Shown: one piece after another, positions 1 through 9,391 of the stretch
Layout of the letters: each line of letters opens with the position of its first letter
Numbering within the stretch: the stretch's first letter is position 1
Assembly (NCBI GenBank): GCA_964516135.1
Contig: CAZEWN010000013.1
Location: forward strand, 1,251 to 65,250
Length of the DNA: 64,000 nt
Source: an uncultured Erythrobacter sp.
GTDB lineage: Bacteria; Pseudomonadota; Alphaproteobacteria; Sphingomonadales; Sphingomonadaceae
Direction: 5' to 3'
The notes under the pieces: generated by a model
What the model was told of the DNA's origin: nothing
Databases searched by the model: none
The model's input: the letters and a program-made list of their open reading frames with translations, nothing else
Position numbers and translations under genes: made by a program

Positions 1-2
1 AA

Positions 3-448
<446 letters not shown>

Positions 449-468
<20 letters not shown>

Positions 469-1597
469 GTTGACGGCATTTTCAGAAGGCGAACGTTCTC
501 GAGAAGGGCCCGCAAGAGCCGCCGAAGGGATTTACTCCTATTTGGATTCGTCCTCGCGCCCCGAGGCGCAAGAGGCGCGTGAGACCATTGAGCGATGGCT
601 GGAAGATTACCCGCAGGACCAACTTGACAGATGGCTCGGCGACTTTCGCAGTGCCGATGATGAGCAGCACAAATCAGCGTTCTTTGAGCTGTTCCTTTTT
701 CAGTTTTTTCGTTCGACCGGCTGGAACGTGACCGTGGAACCGGAGCTCAAGGACGTTCGCGGCGCGCCAGATTTCTTGATCGAGAAGGACGAACTAAGGA
801 TTGTGGTTGAAGCGATATCCCCAAACTTTCGCTCGAACGATGAGCGTGGACGTGAGAAACTAATCGCCGACATCAAAGATGCGATCAACGCGGTGCGAGC
901 ACCCAACCATTACCTCGTTCTGGAGTCGATTGAGGCTCCGGCCGAAGCGATAAACAAGGTGCGCCTCGTTGCAGCCTTGACCGAATGGCTCGAAACTAAT
1001 CCCGCCAATAATGAGGTGTTTGAGTACGAAGATCGGGGAGCCCACATCAAAATCACAGTCATCCACCGCCCCGGTCGGGAAATCAACTCGGCAGATTATC
1101 GAGCAATTGGCGTTGAAATGGGAGGAGTGACGGTGAGCACGCCGGGTCGAGCGATCAAGGGTGGATTGGAGCGTAAGGCGAGCAAATATCGCTCACTAAA
1201 TTTGCCTTACATCATTGCGCTAAATGCTCGCGGATTCCACGACACCGAGGATGACTTCCTGGCTGCTACTTATGGATCGTCAGCTGTTCGAATCTCGATT
1301 GGGCCCAACGGCGCAGAAGGTGAGCCTGAGATGATCCGTAATACCGATGGCCTCTATAACGACGGTGGGCGCGCGCGTAAGCGTAACGTTAGTGCAGTCC
1401 TTTTGTTTAACGGCGTCGCGCCATGGAATTGGCGAGATCGCCATGGCTGTCTCATCCATAATGCATATGCGGAACGAAAGATTGAGGGCGCCGACTTTGG
1501 TTGCGATTGTTTTCTTCCAGAAGACGGAATTCTAACGAAAAGTGAGGGGCGATGCGTGGGAGATTTAATGGGTGAGTTGCGGGGACACACTAATTAA
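449..1597 (+). CDS. Orphan hypothetical protein, 382 aa, possible PD-(D/E)xK-type nuclease fold; low-GC insert
   Basis: Long uninterrupted ORF in a segment with visibly lower G+C and many A/T third positions than its flanks. The motif ...GAPDFLIEKDELRIVVEAIS... resembles a PD...E.. restriction-endonuclease-like core. The start is uncertain (GTG 449 overlaps the thiC remnant; TTG 470 is possible). The stop shares the palindrome aattaatt with the convergent ORF 1594..1848. Confidence 0.7.
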
Positions 1598-1848
1598 TTC
1601 CGTCGCCCCAACCGCACCAACTCCCGGTCCAGCGCCTGCAAGAACCGCGAGCGGTCTTCCTTGCGGAACGGCGCAGGCCCGCCGCCGCTCCCGCCCAGCG
1701 GGCCGTCCATCCCGGCGCGCAGATCGGCCATGATCGCGCGCGTGGCCATCGCGCCGCCGCTGCTGCCGGCGTCGAAGGGCTCGCCCGCATACGCCAGCGC
1801 CGTCGCGCAATCGCTGCATGCCAATAACCATTTTCCTACAGCCCCCAC
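1594..1848 (-). CDS. Small ORF carrying copy 1 of the conserved 'ORF-X' C-terminal module (probably a gene fragment)
   Basis: 84-aa ORF with a GTG start and no clear RBS. Its C-terminal ~45 aa (AIMADLRAGMDGPLGGSGGGPAPFRKEDRSRFLQALDRELVRLG) is paralogous to 2675..2938. The N-terminal part is unrelated to copy 2. Confidence 0.4.
   Translation of the reverse strand: MGAVGKWLLACSDCATALAYAGEPFDAGSSGGAMATRAIMADLRAGMDGPLGGSGGGPAPFRKEDRSRFLQALDRELVRLGRRN
1604..1777 (-). repeat. Direct repeat copy 1 (ORF-X 3' module)
   Basis: Aligns with 2682..2897 in the same orientation. The core 1604-1740 matches 2682-2857, with one in-frame 39-nt indel. Confidence 0.8.
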
Positions 1849-1899
1849 CGTGCGCTAGCTGGCTGGCTCCCTCTGCAAGAGACCAAGGAGCCTGAAGCC

Positions 1900-2565
1900 A
1901 TGCCACGCCGAATACCGCGCGAGATGGACGTCGACGAATTCGACCGTTTCATGGCAGCCAGGGAGAAGTTCGCCGATCTGGTCGAGGCGGCAGACGAGGG
2001 CGGGGGTCCGGCGCTGACACTGGTGCCCACCGCCGATCGCGGAGAGGTTTTCCCGACCGACCTCCTGCCTCCCGCCGGTCCGCCGGTCGCGGCGGTTCCC
2101 TTCGACGGGGTCGCGCTCGAGGACAGCCGCAAGCGGCTCGCCGGGTGGAGCGCCGATCGCCAGCGCGTGTTCCTCACCAACCTCGCCGAGACCGGTTCCG
2201 TCCACCTCGCCGCCGCTACCGCGCGGCTGTCGGCGCGTTCGGCCTATCGCCTGCGCGCGCGCTCGCCCGCGTTCGCCGCGGCGTGGGACGTGGCCGACCA
2301 GCTCGCAGTCGGGCGGCTCTCGGCCATCGCGTTCGACCGCGCGATCAATGGCCGGACCGAGCAGGTCTGGCACGATGGCGCGCTGGTTGCGGAAAAGCGC
2401 CTGCCGAGCGACCGGCTGCTGATGTGGCTGCTCGCGCGGCTCGATCCCAAACGCTTCGCCGCGCCGTGGGAACTGCGCAAGGACGGCGCTGCCGATCCGC
2501 AAGCCGACGCGCGCGAGAGCTTCGCCGGGCTGCTCGATCGGCTACCCGACACGCCTTCCGAATAG
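1900..2565 (+). CDS. Phage-type HTH DNA-binding protein, terminase-small-subunit-like (221 aa)
   Basis: ATG is preceded by the aaggag RBS. The pattern GWSADRQRVFLTNLAETGSVHLAAATARLSARSAYRLRARSPAFAAAWDVA...FDRAINGRTE...LPSDRLLMWLLARLDPKRF recalls the HTH plus oligomerisation layout of phage or GTA small terminase-like proteins. Assignment is from memory of the family pattern only. Confidence 0.6.
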   Translation: MPRRIPREMDVDEFDRFMAAREKFADLVEAADEGGGPALTLVPTADRGEVFPTDLLPPAGPPVAAVPFDGVALEDSRKRLAGWSADRQRVFLTNLAETGSVHLAAATARLSARSAYRLRARSPAFAAAWDVADQLAVGRLSAIAFDRAINGRTEQVWHDGALVAEKRLPSDRLLMWLLARLDPKRFAAPWELRKDGAADPQADARESFAGLLDRLPDTPSE

Positions 2566-2605
2566 GCGAAGGGCCGAATAGGCGGCGGGCCGAACAGGCG
2601 GCAGG
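2558..2605 (+). repeat. Tandem direct repeat, 3 x 16 nt (ccgaaYaggcgRMRgg)
   Basis: The units are ccgaataggcgaaggg (2558), ccgaataggcggcggg (2574) and ccgaacaggcggcagg (2590), at exact 16-nt phasing. The first unit overlaps the stop codon (2563-2565) of the HTH gene. Confidence 0.85.
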
Positions 2606-2674
2606 ACGGGGCCCATGGCGAGCGCGACCTTTGGGACCATTCGCAAATGGGCGCCGGCGCGCCGGGTGCCGCGT

Positions 2675-2938
2675 TCAGGCCCGCCCCAACCGCACCAGCT
2701 CCCGGTCCAGCGCCTGCAGGAACCGAGAGCGTGCGGGTGGCCTTTGGCCGTCTCCGCCTTCGGCTCCGACTCCCTCCTTCCGAAACGGCGGAGGCCCGCC
2801 GCCGCTCCCGCCCAGCGGCCCGTCCATTCCGGCGCGCAGGTCGGCCATGATGGCGCGGCCCGGCGTGCTCCGCGATCCAGTCGTCCGCCGCGTCGAAGTG
2901 AGCGAGAAGTTCCGTGAAACCGGCAGCGAACTCCACAT
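2675..2938 (-). pseudogene. Copy 2 of ORF-X 3' module (truncated or frameshifted fragment)
   Basis: The C-terminal part GRAIMADLRAGMDGPLGGSGGGPPPFRKE[13-codon insert]RSRFLQALDRELVRLGRA* is paralogous to 1594..1848. Upstream of ~2860 the alignment with copy 1 needs a 4-nt indel. The ORF's N-terminus is merely antisense to the second thiC tail. Confidence 0.4.
2682..2897 (-). repeat. Direct repeat copy 2 (ORF-X 3' module)
   Basis: See 1604..1777. In the minus frame, 11 of 12 differing codons are synonymous. Confidence 0.8.
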
Positions 2939-2966
2939 GGGTGCTGGCGGGCGAGAGCACGACTGA
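2898..2966 (+). pseudogene. thiC: Second, short thiC 3'-tail remnant (last 22 codons plus stop)
   Basis: VSEKFRETGSELHMGAGGREHD* compares with MSRVFRETGSELCMGAGGREHD* at 403-468. Of 16 differing codons, 12 are synonymous third-position changes in the plus frame. Confidence 0.6.
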
Positions 2967-3012
2967 GTGTTGCGATGCCAGCGCCACGATGATCGAGCGT
3001 TGAGGGGCGCAG

Positions 3013-4470
3013 TTAGCCCTCGTGCTTCTCCAGCTCGTCGCCCGCCAGGGTGACGACATGGAGCAGGTTGGTGCTGCCTGGCGTGCCGAAGGGAACGCCG
3101 GCCAGCGCGATCAGTTTGGTGCCCGCCTTCCCGAAACCATGGCGCAAGGTCATCCGCTTGCCCTTGGCGATCATTTCCTCAAAGCTGCCGATGTCCTTGG
3201 TCGGTACGGGATGCGCGCCCCATAGCAGCGCCACGCGGCGCGCAGTCTTCATCGACGGAGTGAGGACGAGCATTGGCACGGAGGGTCGCTCACGCGCCAC
3301 GCGCCGCGCCGTGCTGCCCGATCCGGTGAACACGGTGATTGCGCCGATCGGCACGGTGTCGGCGATGGTCATGCACGCGTGCGCCAGCGCGTCCGCCGTG
3401 GTCCGGTCGGGCGGGGTGTCGAGAAAGCGCACGCGCTCGCGGTAGGCGTCGTCGCGTTCGACCTGTGCGGCGATCCTGTCCATGATCGTGACCGCTTCCT
3501 CTGGCCAGGCGCCCGCGGCGGTTTCGGCGCTGAGCATCACCGCGTCGGCCCCGTCATAGACCGCGTTGGCAACGTCGGACACTTCTGCACGGGTCGGGGC
3601 TGGGCTTTCGATCATGGATTCGAGCATCTGCGTCGCCACGATCACCGGCTTGCCCATCAGGCGCGCCTTGTTGACGATCTTCTTTTGTAGCGGCGGGACT
3701 TCCTGCGGCTCCAGCTCCACGCCCAGGTCGCCGCGCGCGACCATGATGCCGTCGGCCAGCTCGATGATCTCGTCGAGGCGCTTCACCGCCATCGGCTTCT
3801 CGATCTTGGCGCAGATCGCCGGGCCATTCGCACCGATCAGCTTCTTCGCCTCGGCCACGTCATCTGGCCGCTGGACGAAGCTGAGCCCGATCCAGTCCGC
3901 TCCCTGTTCCACCGCAAAGGCGAGATCGCGCCGGTCCTTCTCGGTCAGCGCGGGAATGGGCACCTCCGCATCGGGGACGTTGACGCCCTTGCGGTCCGAA
4001 ATCACCCCGCCGACCTCGGCCGAGCAGAGGATTTCGTCGGCGTCGGCGCGGATCACCTTGAGCCTGATCTTGCCGTCGTTGATCAGCAGCCGCTGGCCCT
4101 TTTCGAGCAGGCCGAACAGTTCGGGGTGGGGCAGCTCGACGCGGGTTTCGTCGCCTGGCTCGGGATTACGGTCAAGAGTGAAGTGGCCCGAATGGCGGAT
4201 CACCGCCTTGCCATCCTTGAACGTGCCGACGCGCAGTTTCGGCCCTTGCAGGTCGCACAGGATCGCGATGGGGCGGCCGAATTCCTTTTCCAGGTCGCGG
4301 ATCGCCTTGATCGTCTGCGCGTGGAAGGCATGATCGCCGTGGCTCATGTTGACGCGGAAGGCGTCGGCTCCGGCGCGCAGCAAGCGGCGGAGCATCTCGG
4401 GCTCGCGGCTGGCGGGGCCGGTGGTGGCGAGGATCTTGACCTTGCGGCCGCGCGGTTCGAGCTTCTGCAT
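3013..4470 (-). CDS. pyk: Pyruvate kinase
   Basis: 485 aa. KILATTGPAS...GADAFRVNMSHGDH and ...IMVARGDLGVE... are canonical pyruvate kinase signatures. Confidence 0.95.
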   Translation of the reverse strand: MQKLEPRGRKVKILATTGPASREPEMLRRLLRAGADAFRVNMSHGDHAFHAQTIKAIRDLEKEFGRPIAILCDLQGPKLRVGTFKDGKAVIRHSGHFTLDRNPEPGDETRVELPHPELFGLLEKGQRLLINDGKIRLKVIRADADEILCSAEVGGVISDRKGVNVPDAEVPIPALTEKDRRDLAFAVEQGADWIGLSFVQRPDDVAEAKKLIGANGPAICAKIEKPMAVKRLDEIIELADGIMVARGDLGVELEPQEVPPLQKKIVNKARLMGKPVIVATQMLESMIESPAPTRAEVSDVANAVYDGADAVMLSAETAAGAWPEEAVTIMDRIAAQVERDDAYRERVRFLDTPPDRTTADALAHACMTIADTVPIGAITVFTGSGSTARRVARERPSVPMLVLTPSMKTARRVALLWGAHPVPTKDIGSFEEMIAKGKRMTLRHGFGKAGTKLIALAGVPFGTPGSTNLLHVVTLAGDELEKHEG

Positions 4471-4515
4471 GGCGCACGGCTATGGCACAGCGGCGGGCCA
4501 ACTCAAGGACTGCTT

Positions 4516-4833
4516 ATGATGGATACGAATGCGCCACTTCCGCTGGATGAAATCGATGATGCCGTGGCCGCGGCGGCATTCCGCCGGCTGGTGCGCCATC
4601 TCCAGCATCGCCACGATGCACAGAACATTGATCTGATGGGCCTCGCCGGGTTCTGCCGCAACTGCTTGGCGGACTGGATCGTCGAGGCGGGCTATCCGGG
4701 CGACAAGGCGGCGGCGCGCGAGGCCATCCACGGCATGCCAGCCAACGAATGGAAGGATCGGTTCCAGACCCCCGCGACCGAGGAGCAACTCGCGCGAATG
4801 GCGACCAGCGTGGCGAAAAATCGCGTGGAATAG
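4516..4833 (+). CDS. DUF1244 family protein
   Basis: 105 aa from ATG 4516, inside the longer ORF 4126..4833 whose upstream part is antisense to pyk. ...[24 protein letters not shown]... is typical of DUF1244. Confidence 0.8.
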   Translation: MMDTNAPLPLDEIDDAVAAAAFRRLVRHLQHRHDAQNIDLMGLAGFCRNCLADWIVEAGYPGDKAAAREAIHGMPANEWKDRFQTPATEEQLARMATSVAKNRVE

Positions 4834-4915
4834 CGCCGCCCCGGCTTCACCCCGCGCGCCCCGCTGGCTATCCGCCCGGCAACCCGATTCTCAAAACATT
4901 GGAGCAAACCTGATA

Positions 4916-5152
4916 ATGGCCGAGACCACTGACGATCGCCTGCGCCTGCTGATCGAGCGCATCGAACGCCTCGAGGAAGAGAAGAAAGGCATCGCCGACG
5001 ACATCCGTGATGTCTATGCGGAGGCAAAGGCTGTTGGTTACGATGCCAAGATCATGCGGCAGATCGTCCGCCTCAGGAAAATGAAACCGGACGATCGCGC
5101 GGAAATGGAAATGATCCTCGATACCTACAAGGCCGCGCTCGGCCTCGGTTGA
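4916..5152 (+). CDS. gapR: GapR / DUF2312 (UPF0335) nucleoid-associated protein
   Basis: 78 aa. [48 protein letters not shown] is the conserved DUF2312/GapR sequence of alphaproteobacteria. Confidence 0.9.
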   Translation: MAETTDDRLRLLIERIERLEEEKKGIADDIRDVYAEAKAVGYDAKIMRQIVRLRKMKPDDRAEMEMILDTYKAALGLG

Positions 5153-5231
5153 TCGCATCGCGGGGGCCGCCCCGGAACCGAGTGCGGCCTTCGCGCATAA
5201 GTCCTTGTGATTGTTTTATCGCGAGGATGCC

Positions 5232-6116
5232 ATGAATACCGAAATCCAGACCAAGCCTGTCGATGCCGCGTTTGTCGAGGAAACGGGCGAAGAACCCCGG
5301 ATGCCCGGACATGAGAGCAAGCTTGACCGGCAGCCCGAATGGCAGCCCCGCTTCCCCGGTTCCGGGCGGCTGAAGGGCAAGATAGCGATCGTGACAGGCG
5401 GCGACAGCGGGATTGGCAGGGCCACCGCCGTGTTGTTCGCGCGCGAAGGAGCCAAGGTCGCGATCGCCTATCTCGAAGAGGATGACGACGCGCGCAAAAC
5501 CGCCCAGGCGATCGAGGCGGAGGGGAGCGAAGCCTTGCTGCACCGCGGCGATCTGGGCGATCCCGCTGTTTGCCAGGCGCTGGTCGACGCGACCGTGGGC
5601 AAGTGGGGCGGGCTCGACGTGTTGATCAATAATGCGGGTGAACAGCATCCTGACGAGGATATTCGCGACATTACCGCCGAGCAGCTTCAGCGCACTTTCC
5701 AGACCAACATCTATTCGATGTTCTACCTCGTCCAGTCCGCCCGGCCGCATCTCAAGAAAGGCGCGGCGATCGTCAACTGCACCAGCGTGACGATGTATCA
5801 GGGATCAGCCAAGCTGCTCGACTACAGTGCCACAAAAGGCGCGATCACTGCGTTTACCCGCAGTCTGTCGGAAAGCCTCATCGAGGACGGAATCCGCGTC
5901 AACGCGGTCGCACCGGGGCCGATCTGGACCCCGCTCAATCCGTGTGGTGGCACTCCGCCCGAGGATATGGACGATTTCGGCAAGAACACGCCGATGGGTC
6001 GGCCGGGTGAACCTAATGAGGTCGCGCCAGCTTTCCTGTTCCTCGCCTGCGATGATTCGTCATATATGTCGGGCCAGGTGCTGCATCCGAACGGGGGCAC
6101 CATCGTCAACGGATGA
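5232..6116 (+). CDS. SDR family oxidoreductase (YghA / general-stress-protein-39-like)
   Basis: Contains the TGGDSGIGRA dinucleotide motif, NNAG and the YSATKGAI catalytic motif. The ATG 5232 start is chosen over the upstream TTG. Confidence 0.9.
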   Translation: MNTEIQTKPVDAAFVEETGEEPRMPGHESKLDRQPEWQPRFPGSGRLKGKIAIVTGGDSGIGRATAVLFAREGAKVAIAYLEEDDDARKTAQAIEAEGSEALLHRGDLGDPAVCQALVDATVGKWGGLDVLINNAGEQHPDEDIRDITAEQLQRTFQTNIYSMFYLVQSARPHLKKGAAIVNCTSVTMYQGSAKLLDYSATKGAITAFTRSLSESLIEDGIRVNAVAPGPIWTPLNPCGGTPPEDMDDFGKNTPMGRPGEPNEVAPAFLFLACDDSSYMSGQVLHPNGGTIVNG

Positions 6117-6123
6117 GGATGGC

Positions 6124-6591
6124 GTGATAACCCGGGAGTTTGCGATCCGTCGCCTAGGCACAAGTGATCTCGCAGGCTTTCGCGCGATGAATGCCCTGTT
6201 CGCCGATGTGTTCGCGGAGCCGGCGCAATATGCCGACCATCCGCCTGGCGACGAATACGCCCGCGACGTGCTCGCGCGCAGCGATACAATCCTGTTAGTT
6301 GCGGAGGCTGACGGTGCGCCAGTCGGGGCGCTTGCTGCATATGTCCTGCCCAAGTTCGAGCAGGCGCGGAGCGAGATCTATATCTACGACCTTGCCGTGT
6401 GCGCCCGATGGCGGCGGATGGGTGTCGCGAGCCGGCTGATCGAAGAGACGCGCCGGATTGGCCGCGAAATCGGCGCATGGACCGTATTTGTCCAGGCGGA
6501 CACCGCAGCCGAAGATGAACCGGCCCGCTTGCTCTATCGCAAGCTTGCCTGTGACGAGATCGCCGCACTCCACTTTGACATCACGCCTTAG
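6124..6591 (+). CDS. AAC(3)-I-like GNAT aminoglycoside N-acetyltransferase
   Basis: 155 aa with a GTG start. [25 protein letters not shown]...RRMGVA...VFVQAD...A..LY.KLG...HFDI closely follows my recollection of AAC(3)-Ia ([36 protein letters not shown]). Confidence 0.8.
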   Translation: [155 protein letters not shown]

Positions 6592-6869
6592 GCGGTGGTG
6601 GGCGGGATTACGGGTATGGCCTGGGCAGCACGCTTTCGCTGCCGATCAGCATTCATTTGCCGGCCGCGGTGCTGATTGCAGTGGCGGCAGGCGGCGGCCA
6701 GGTTGTCCCGCTTGTCGCTCCCTCCGTCCATCTTCGCCTTGAGGTGCTCGATGGTAGCGGCCAGGCTTGTGCCCTTGGGACCGAAGAATCGCTTGCAGTA
6801 AAAGCAGCGATGTCTCTGCTGCACAGCGAGTTCGTGCCGAATACGCTTCTTGCGCTTTCCCAAGCCCAT
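6588..6869 (-). CDS. Small stand-alone HNH endonuclease
   Basis: 93 aa. CFYCKR...ATIEHLKAKMDGGSDKRDNLAAACRHCN is an HNH (Cys...H-N...C..CN) signature. Its stop overlaps the 3' end of the AAC(3)-like gene by 4 nt. Confidence 0.8.
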   Translation of the reverse strand: MGLGKRKKRIRHELAVQQRHRCFYCKRFFGPKGTSLAATIEHLKAKMDGGSDKRDNLAAACRHCNQHRGRQMNADRQRKRAAQAIPVIPPTTA

Positions 6870-6976
6870 TGTGCGAGCCTGCCGCCTTGCGGTTAAGGAT
6901 TGTTTGACCTTGCCCTGATTGCCCCGCGCGCGGCGTTTCGCTAGGGGGCGCGGGTCATTTCAAACCAGGGTTTCCC

Positions 6977-7720
6977 ATGGCCGGCCATTCCAAGTTCAAG
7001 AATATCATGCATCGCAAGGGCGCGCAGGACAAGAAGCGTTCTGGCCTGTTTTCCAAGCTCAGCCGCGAGATTACCGTGGCCGCCAAGATGGGGATGCCCG
7101 ATCCCGACATGAACCCGCGCCTGCGCCTTGCTGTCAATGCGGCCAAGGCGCAGTCGATGCCCAAGGACAATATCCAGCGCGCCATCGACAAGGCGAGCGC
7201 GGCGGGCGGCGAGGATTACGAGGAGGTTCGCTACGAAGGCTACGGCCCCGGCGGCGTGGCGCTGATTGTCGAGGCGCTTACCGATAACCGCAACCGCACC
7301 GCCACCAACGTGCGTACAGCCTTCAGCAAGAATGGCGGCAACCTGGGCAGCGAAGGGTCGGTCCAGCACGGGTTCGAGCGGCTTGGCCTGATCGAATACG
7401 GCGCGGGCGCGGGCGACGAGGAAAAAGTGCTCGAAGCCGCGATCGAGGCCGGCGCCGACGATGTCGAGAGCGGTGAGGATGGCCACACGATCTGGACCGC
7501 CGCCGATGCGCTCCACGGGGTGGCGGGCGAGCTGGAGAAGACGCTCGGCCCGGCAGACGGCGTCAAACTGGCGTGGAAGCCCAACATCACGGTCGAGATG
7601 GACGAAGCCGGTGCGGCGACGCTGCTCAAATTGGTCGATGCGCTCGACGATGACGACGACGTCCAGACCGTGTGGGGCAACTACGAGATTTCGGACGAAC
7701 TGATGGAAAAGTTGGCATGA
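6977..7720 (+). CDS. yebC: YebC/PmpR family transcriptional regulator
   Basis: [21 protein letters not shown]...[23 protein letters not shown] is canonical. Confidence 0.95.
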   Translation: MAGHSKFKNIMHRKGAQDKKRSGLFSKLSREITVAAKMGMPDPDMNPRLRLAVNAAKAQSMPKDNIQRAIDKASAAGGEDYEEVRYEGYGPGGVALIVEALTDNRNRTATNVRTAFSKNGGNLGSEGSVQHGFERLGLIEYGAGAGDEEKVLEAAIEAGADDVESGEDGHTIWTAADALHGVAGELEKTLGPADGVKLAWKPNITVEMDEAGAATLLKLVDALDDDDDVQTVWGNYEISDELMEKLA

Positions 7721-7751
7721 TGTCAGCTCCGGCAAGCGGGGCGGTGGCCTG

Positions 7752-8102
7752 ATGTGGCCAATCGTTGCCAAGGCGCTGCTCGCCGGGGCGATGATTGCAG
7801 CCATTGCGGAGATCGGCAAACGGCTGCCCGCGACCGCGGCGATCGTCGCCTCGCTGCCGCTGGTATCGGTGCTGGGCATGATTTTCCTGTGGCGCGAATT
7901 GCCCGACGCGGAAAACATGGCGCGGCATTCGTGGGCGACGTTCTGGTATGTGCTCCCCAGCCTGCCGATGTTCCTGGCCATTCCGGCGATGTTGCGTGGC
8001 GGGGTGCCGTTCTGGATTGCGCTGGCATTGGGCTGCGCGCTGACGGTGGTGCTTTATTCGGCGATGATGCATCTGGGGCCGCGGCTGGGCCTCAGGCTGT
8101 GA
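7752..8102 (+). CDS. DUF3147-like small integral membrane protein
   Basis: 116 aa with four hydrophobic helices. It sits between yebC and ruvC, and its stop overlaps the ruvC ATG. Confidence 0.65.
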   Translation: MWPIVAKALLAGAMIAAIAEIGKRLPATAAIVASLPLVSVLGMIFLWRELPDAENMARHSWATFWYVLPSLPMFLAIPAMLRGGVPFWIALALGCALTVVLYSAMMHLGPRLGLRL

Positions 8103-8575
8103 TGCTGATCCTCGGGCTCGACCCGTCGCTCAGCTGCACGGGTTGGGGCGTGATCCGGGTCGACGGAAGCCGCATTTCCCACGTTGCCAACGGGCAGGTG
8201 CCCACCGCTGCCACTGCGCCGATGGCCAGGCGACTGGCCACGCTGCAGGCAGAAATCGCCGCCGTCATTGCCGCGCATCAACCGGCCCGTGCGGCGGTGG
8301 AGGAGGTGTTTGCGAACAAGAATCCGCAATCCACGCTCAAGCTGGCACAGGCGCGCGGGGCGGTGCTCGCGGCATGCGGGATGGCCGGGCTGGATGTGCG
8401 CGAACACGCGGCGCGTGCGGTCAAGAAGGCGATTGTCGGGACCGGCGCGGCCGAGAAATCGCAGGTCCAGGCGATGCTGAAAATCTTGCTACCGGGGGCG
8501 GTGCTGGCCGGTGCCGATGCCGCCGACGCACTGGCCGTGGCCATTGCCGATGCACATGGCGGCGCGGCGCACTAG
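8102..8575 (+). CDS. ruvC: Crossover junction endodeoxyribonuclease RuvC
   Basis: [17 protein letters not shown]...[23 protein letters not shown]...ADALAVAI are RuvC catalytic motifs. Confidence 0.95.
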   Translation: MLILGLDPSLSCTGWGVIRVDGSRISHVANGQVPTAATAPMARRLATLQAEIAAVIAAHQPARAAVEEVFANKNPQSTLKLAQARGAVLAACGMAGLDVREHAARAVKKAIVGTGAAEKSQVQAMLKILLPGAVLAGADAADALAVAIADAHGGAAH

Positions 8576-9378
8576 ACGTCTTCGTACCGCGCCGGGCGCT
8601 TTTCCATTCCGGCCGTGACCGCTTCGATCTGGTTGCGGGTCCGCATAACGCCGTGTTGCTCGATGCTTTCCTCCATCAGGATCGCGTCGATGTCCCGTTC
8701 CGGCATCGCGGCGTGCAGACGCTTGGCGGCGCGGATAGCATGCGGATTGCGATCGGCGATCGTCGCCGCGATCGCCGTGGCCCGGGCGACAGGGTCGGCA
8801 TCGACGATCGTGGCGAGGCCGAGTTCGCGCGCCTCCGCGCCGGAAAACTCGCGATTGGTATAGACCAGTTCGCGCAACACATCGTCGCGCACCAGCCCGC
8901 GCCACAGGGCATATCCGCCCATGTCGGGCACCAGGCCCCATTTCATCTCCATGATCGCGAGCCGGGTATCGGGGGCAACCACGCGAATATCGGCGCCACT
9001 GGCAATCTGCAGCCCGCCGCCGAAGCAGATGCCATGCACTGCGGCGATCACCGGTACGGGCAGCTTGCGCCATTGCATCGCGACCTGCTGGAACCTGTTG
9101 GCGTTGCCATAAGTGCGCTCGGTCAGCCCCGGCTCATCGGTCGCCGGGGGCCGCGCGAAATTCGCCAGGTCGAGCCCGGCGCAAAATGCCCGGCCTTCGC
9201 CGGCCAGCACCACCGCGCGCAACCCTTTGAGGTCGTGGAGATAATGGCCAGCTTCGATGATCCGGGCGAACATTTCCGGATCGAGCGCGTTCATCTTGTC
9301 GGGCCGGGTCAGGCGGACCTGTGCCACGCCATCCGTGCCCAGCCCGATGGAAACGCGATCGTTAGGGCGATAATCCAT
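8572..9378 (-). CDS. Enoyl-CoA hydratase/isomerase (crotonase) family protein
   Basis: [16 protein letters not shown]...[15 protein letters not shown] is the crotonase fold signature. The start is taken at MDYRPND (9378), downstream of the aminotransferase stop. Confidence 0.85.
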   Translation of the reverse strand: MDYRPNDRVSIGLGTDGVAQVRLTRPDKMNALDPEMFARIIEAGHYLHDLKGLRAVVLAGEGRAFCAGLDLANFARPPATDEPGLTERTYGNANRFQQVAMQWRKLPVPVIAAVHGICFGGGLQIASGADIRVVAPDTRLAIMEMKWGLVPDMGGYALWRGLVRDDVLRELVYTNREFSGAEARELGLATIVDADPVARATAIAATIADRNPHAIRAAKRLHAAMPERDIDAILMEESIEQHGVMRTRNQIEAVTAGMEKRPARYEDV

Positions 9379-9391
9379 TGGTCCGTCCCCG

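Noticed and set aside
5174-5199. GGAAC upstream of the stress-type SDR gene as an EcfG promoter.
   Set aside because: Neither CGTT nor GTT is found at N16 or N17. The sequence there is gcat/cata.
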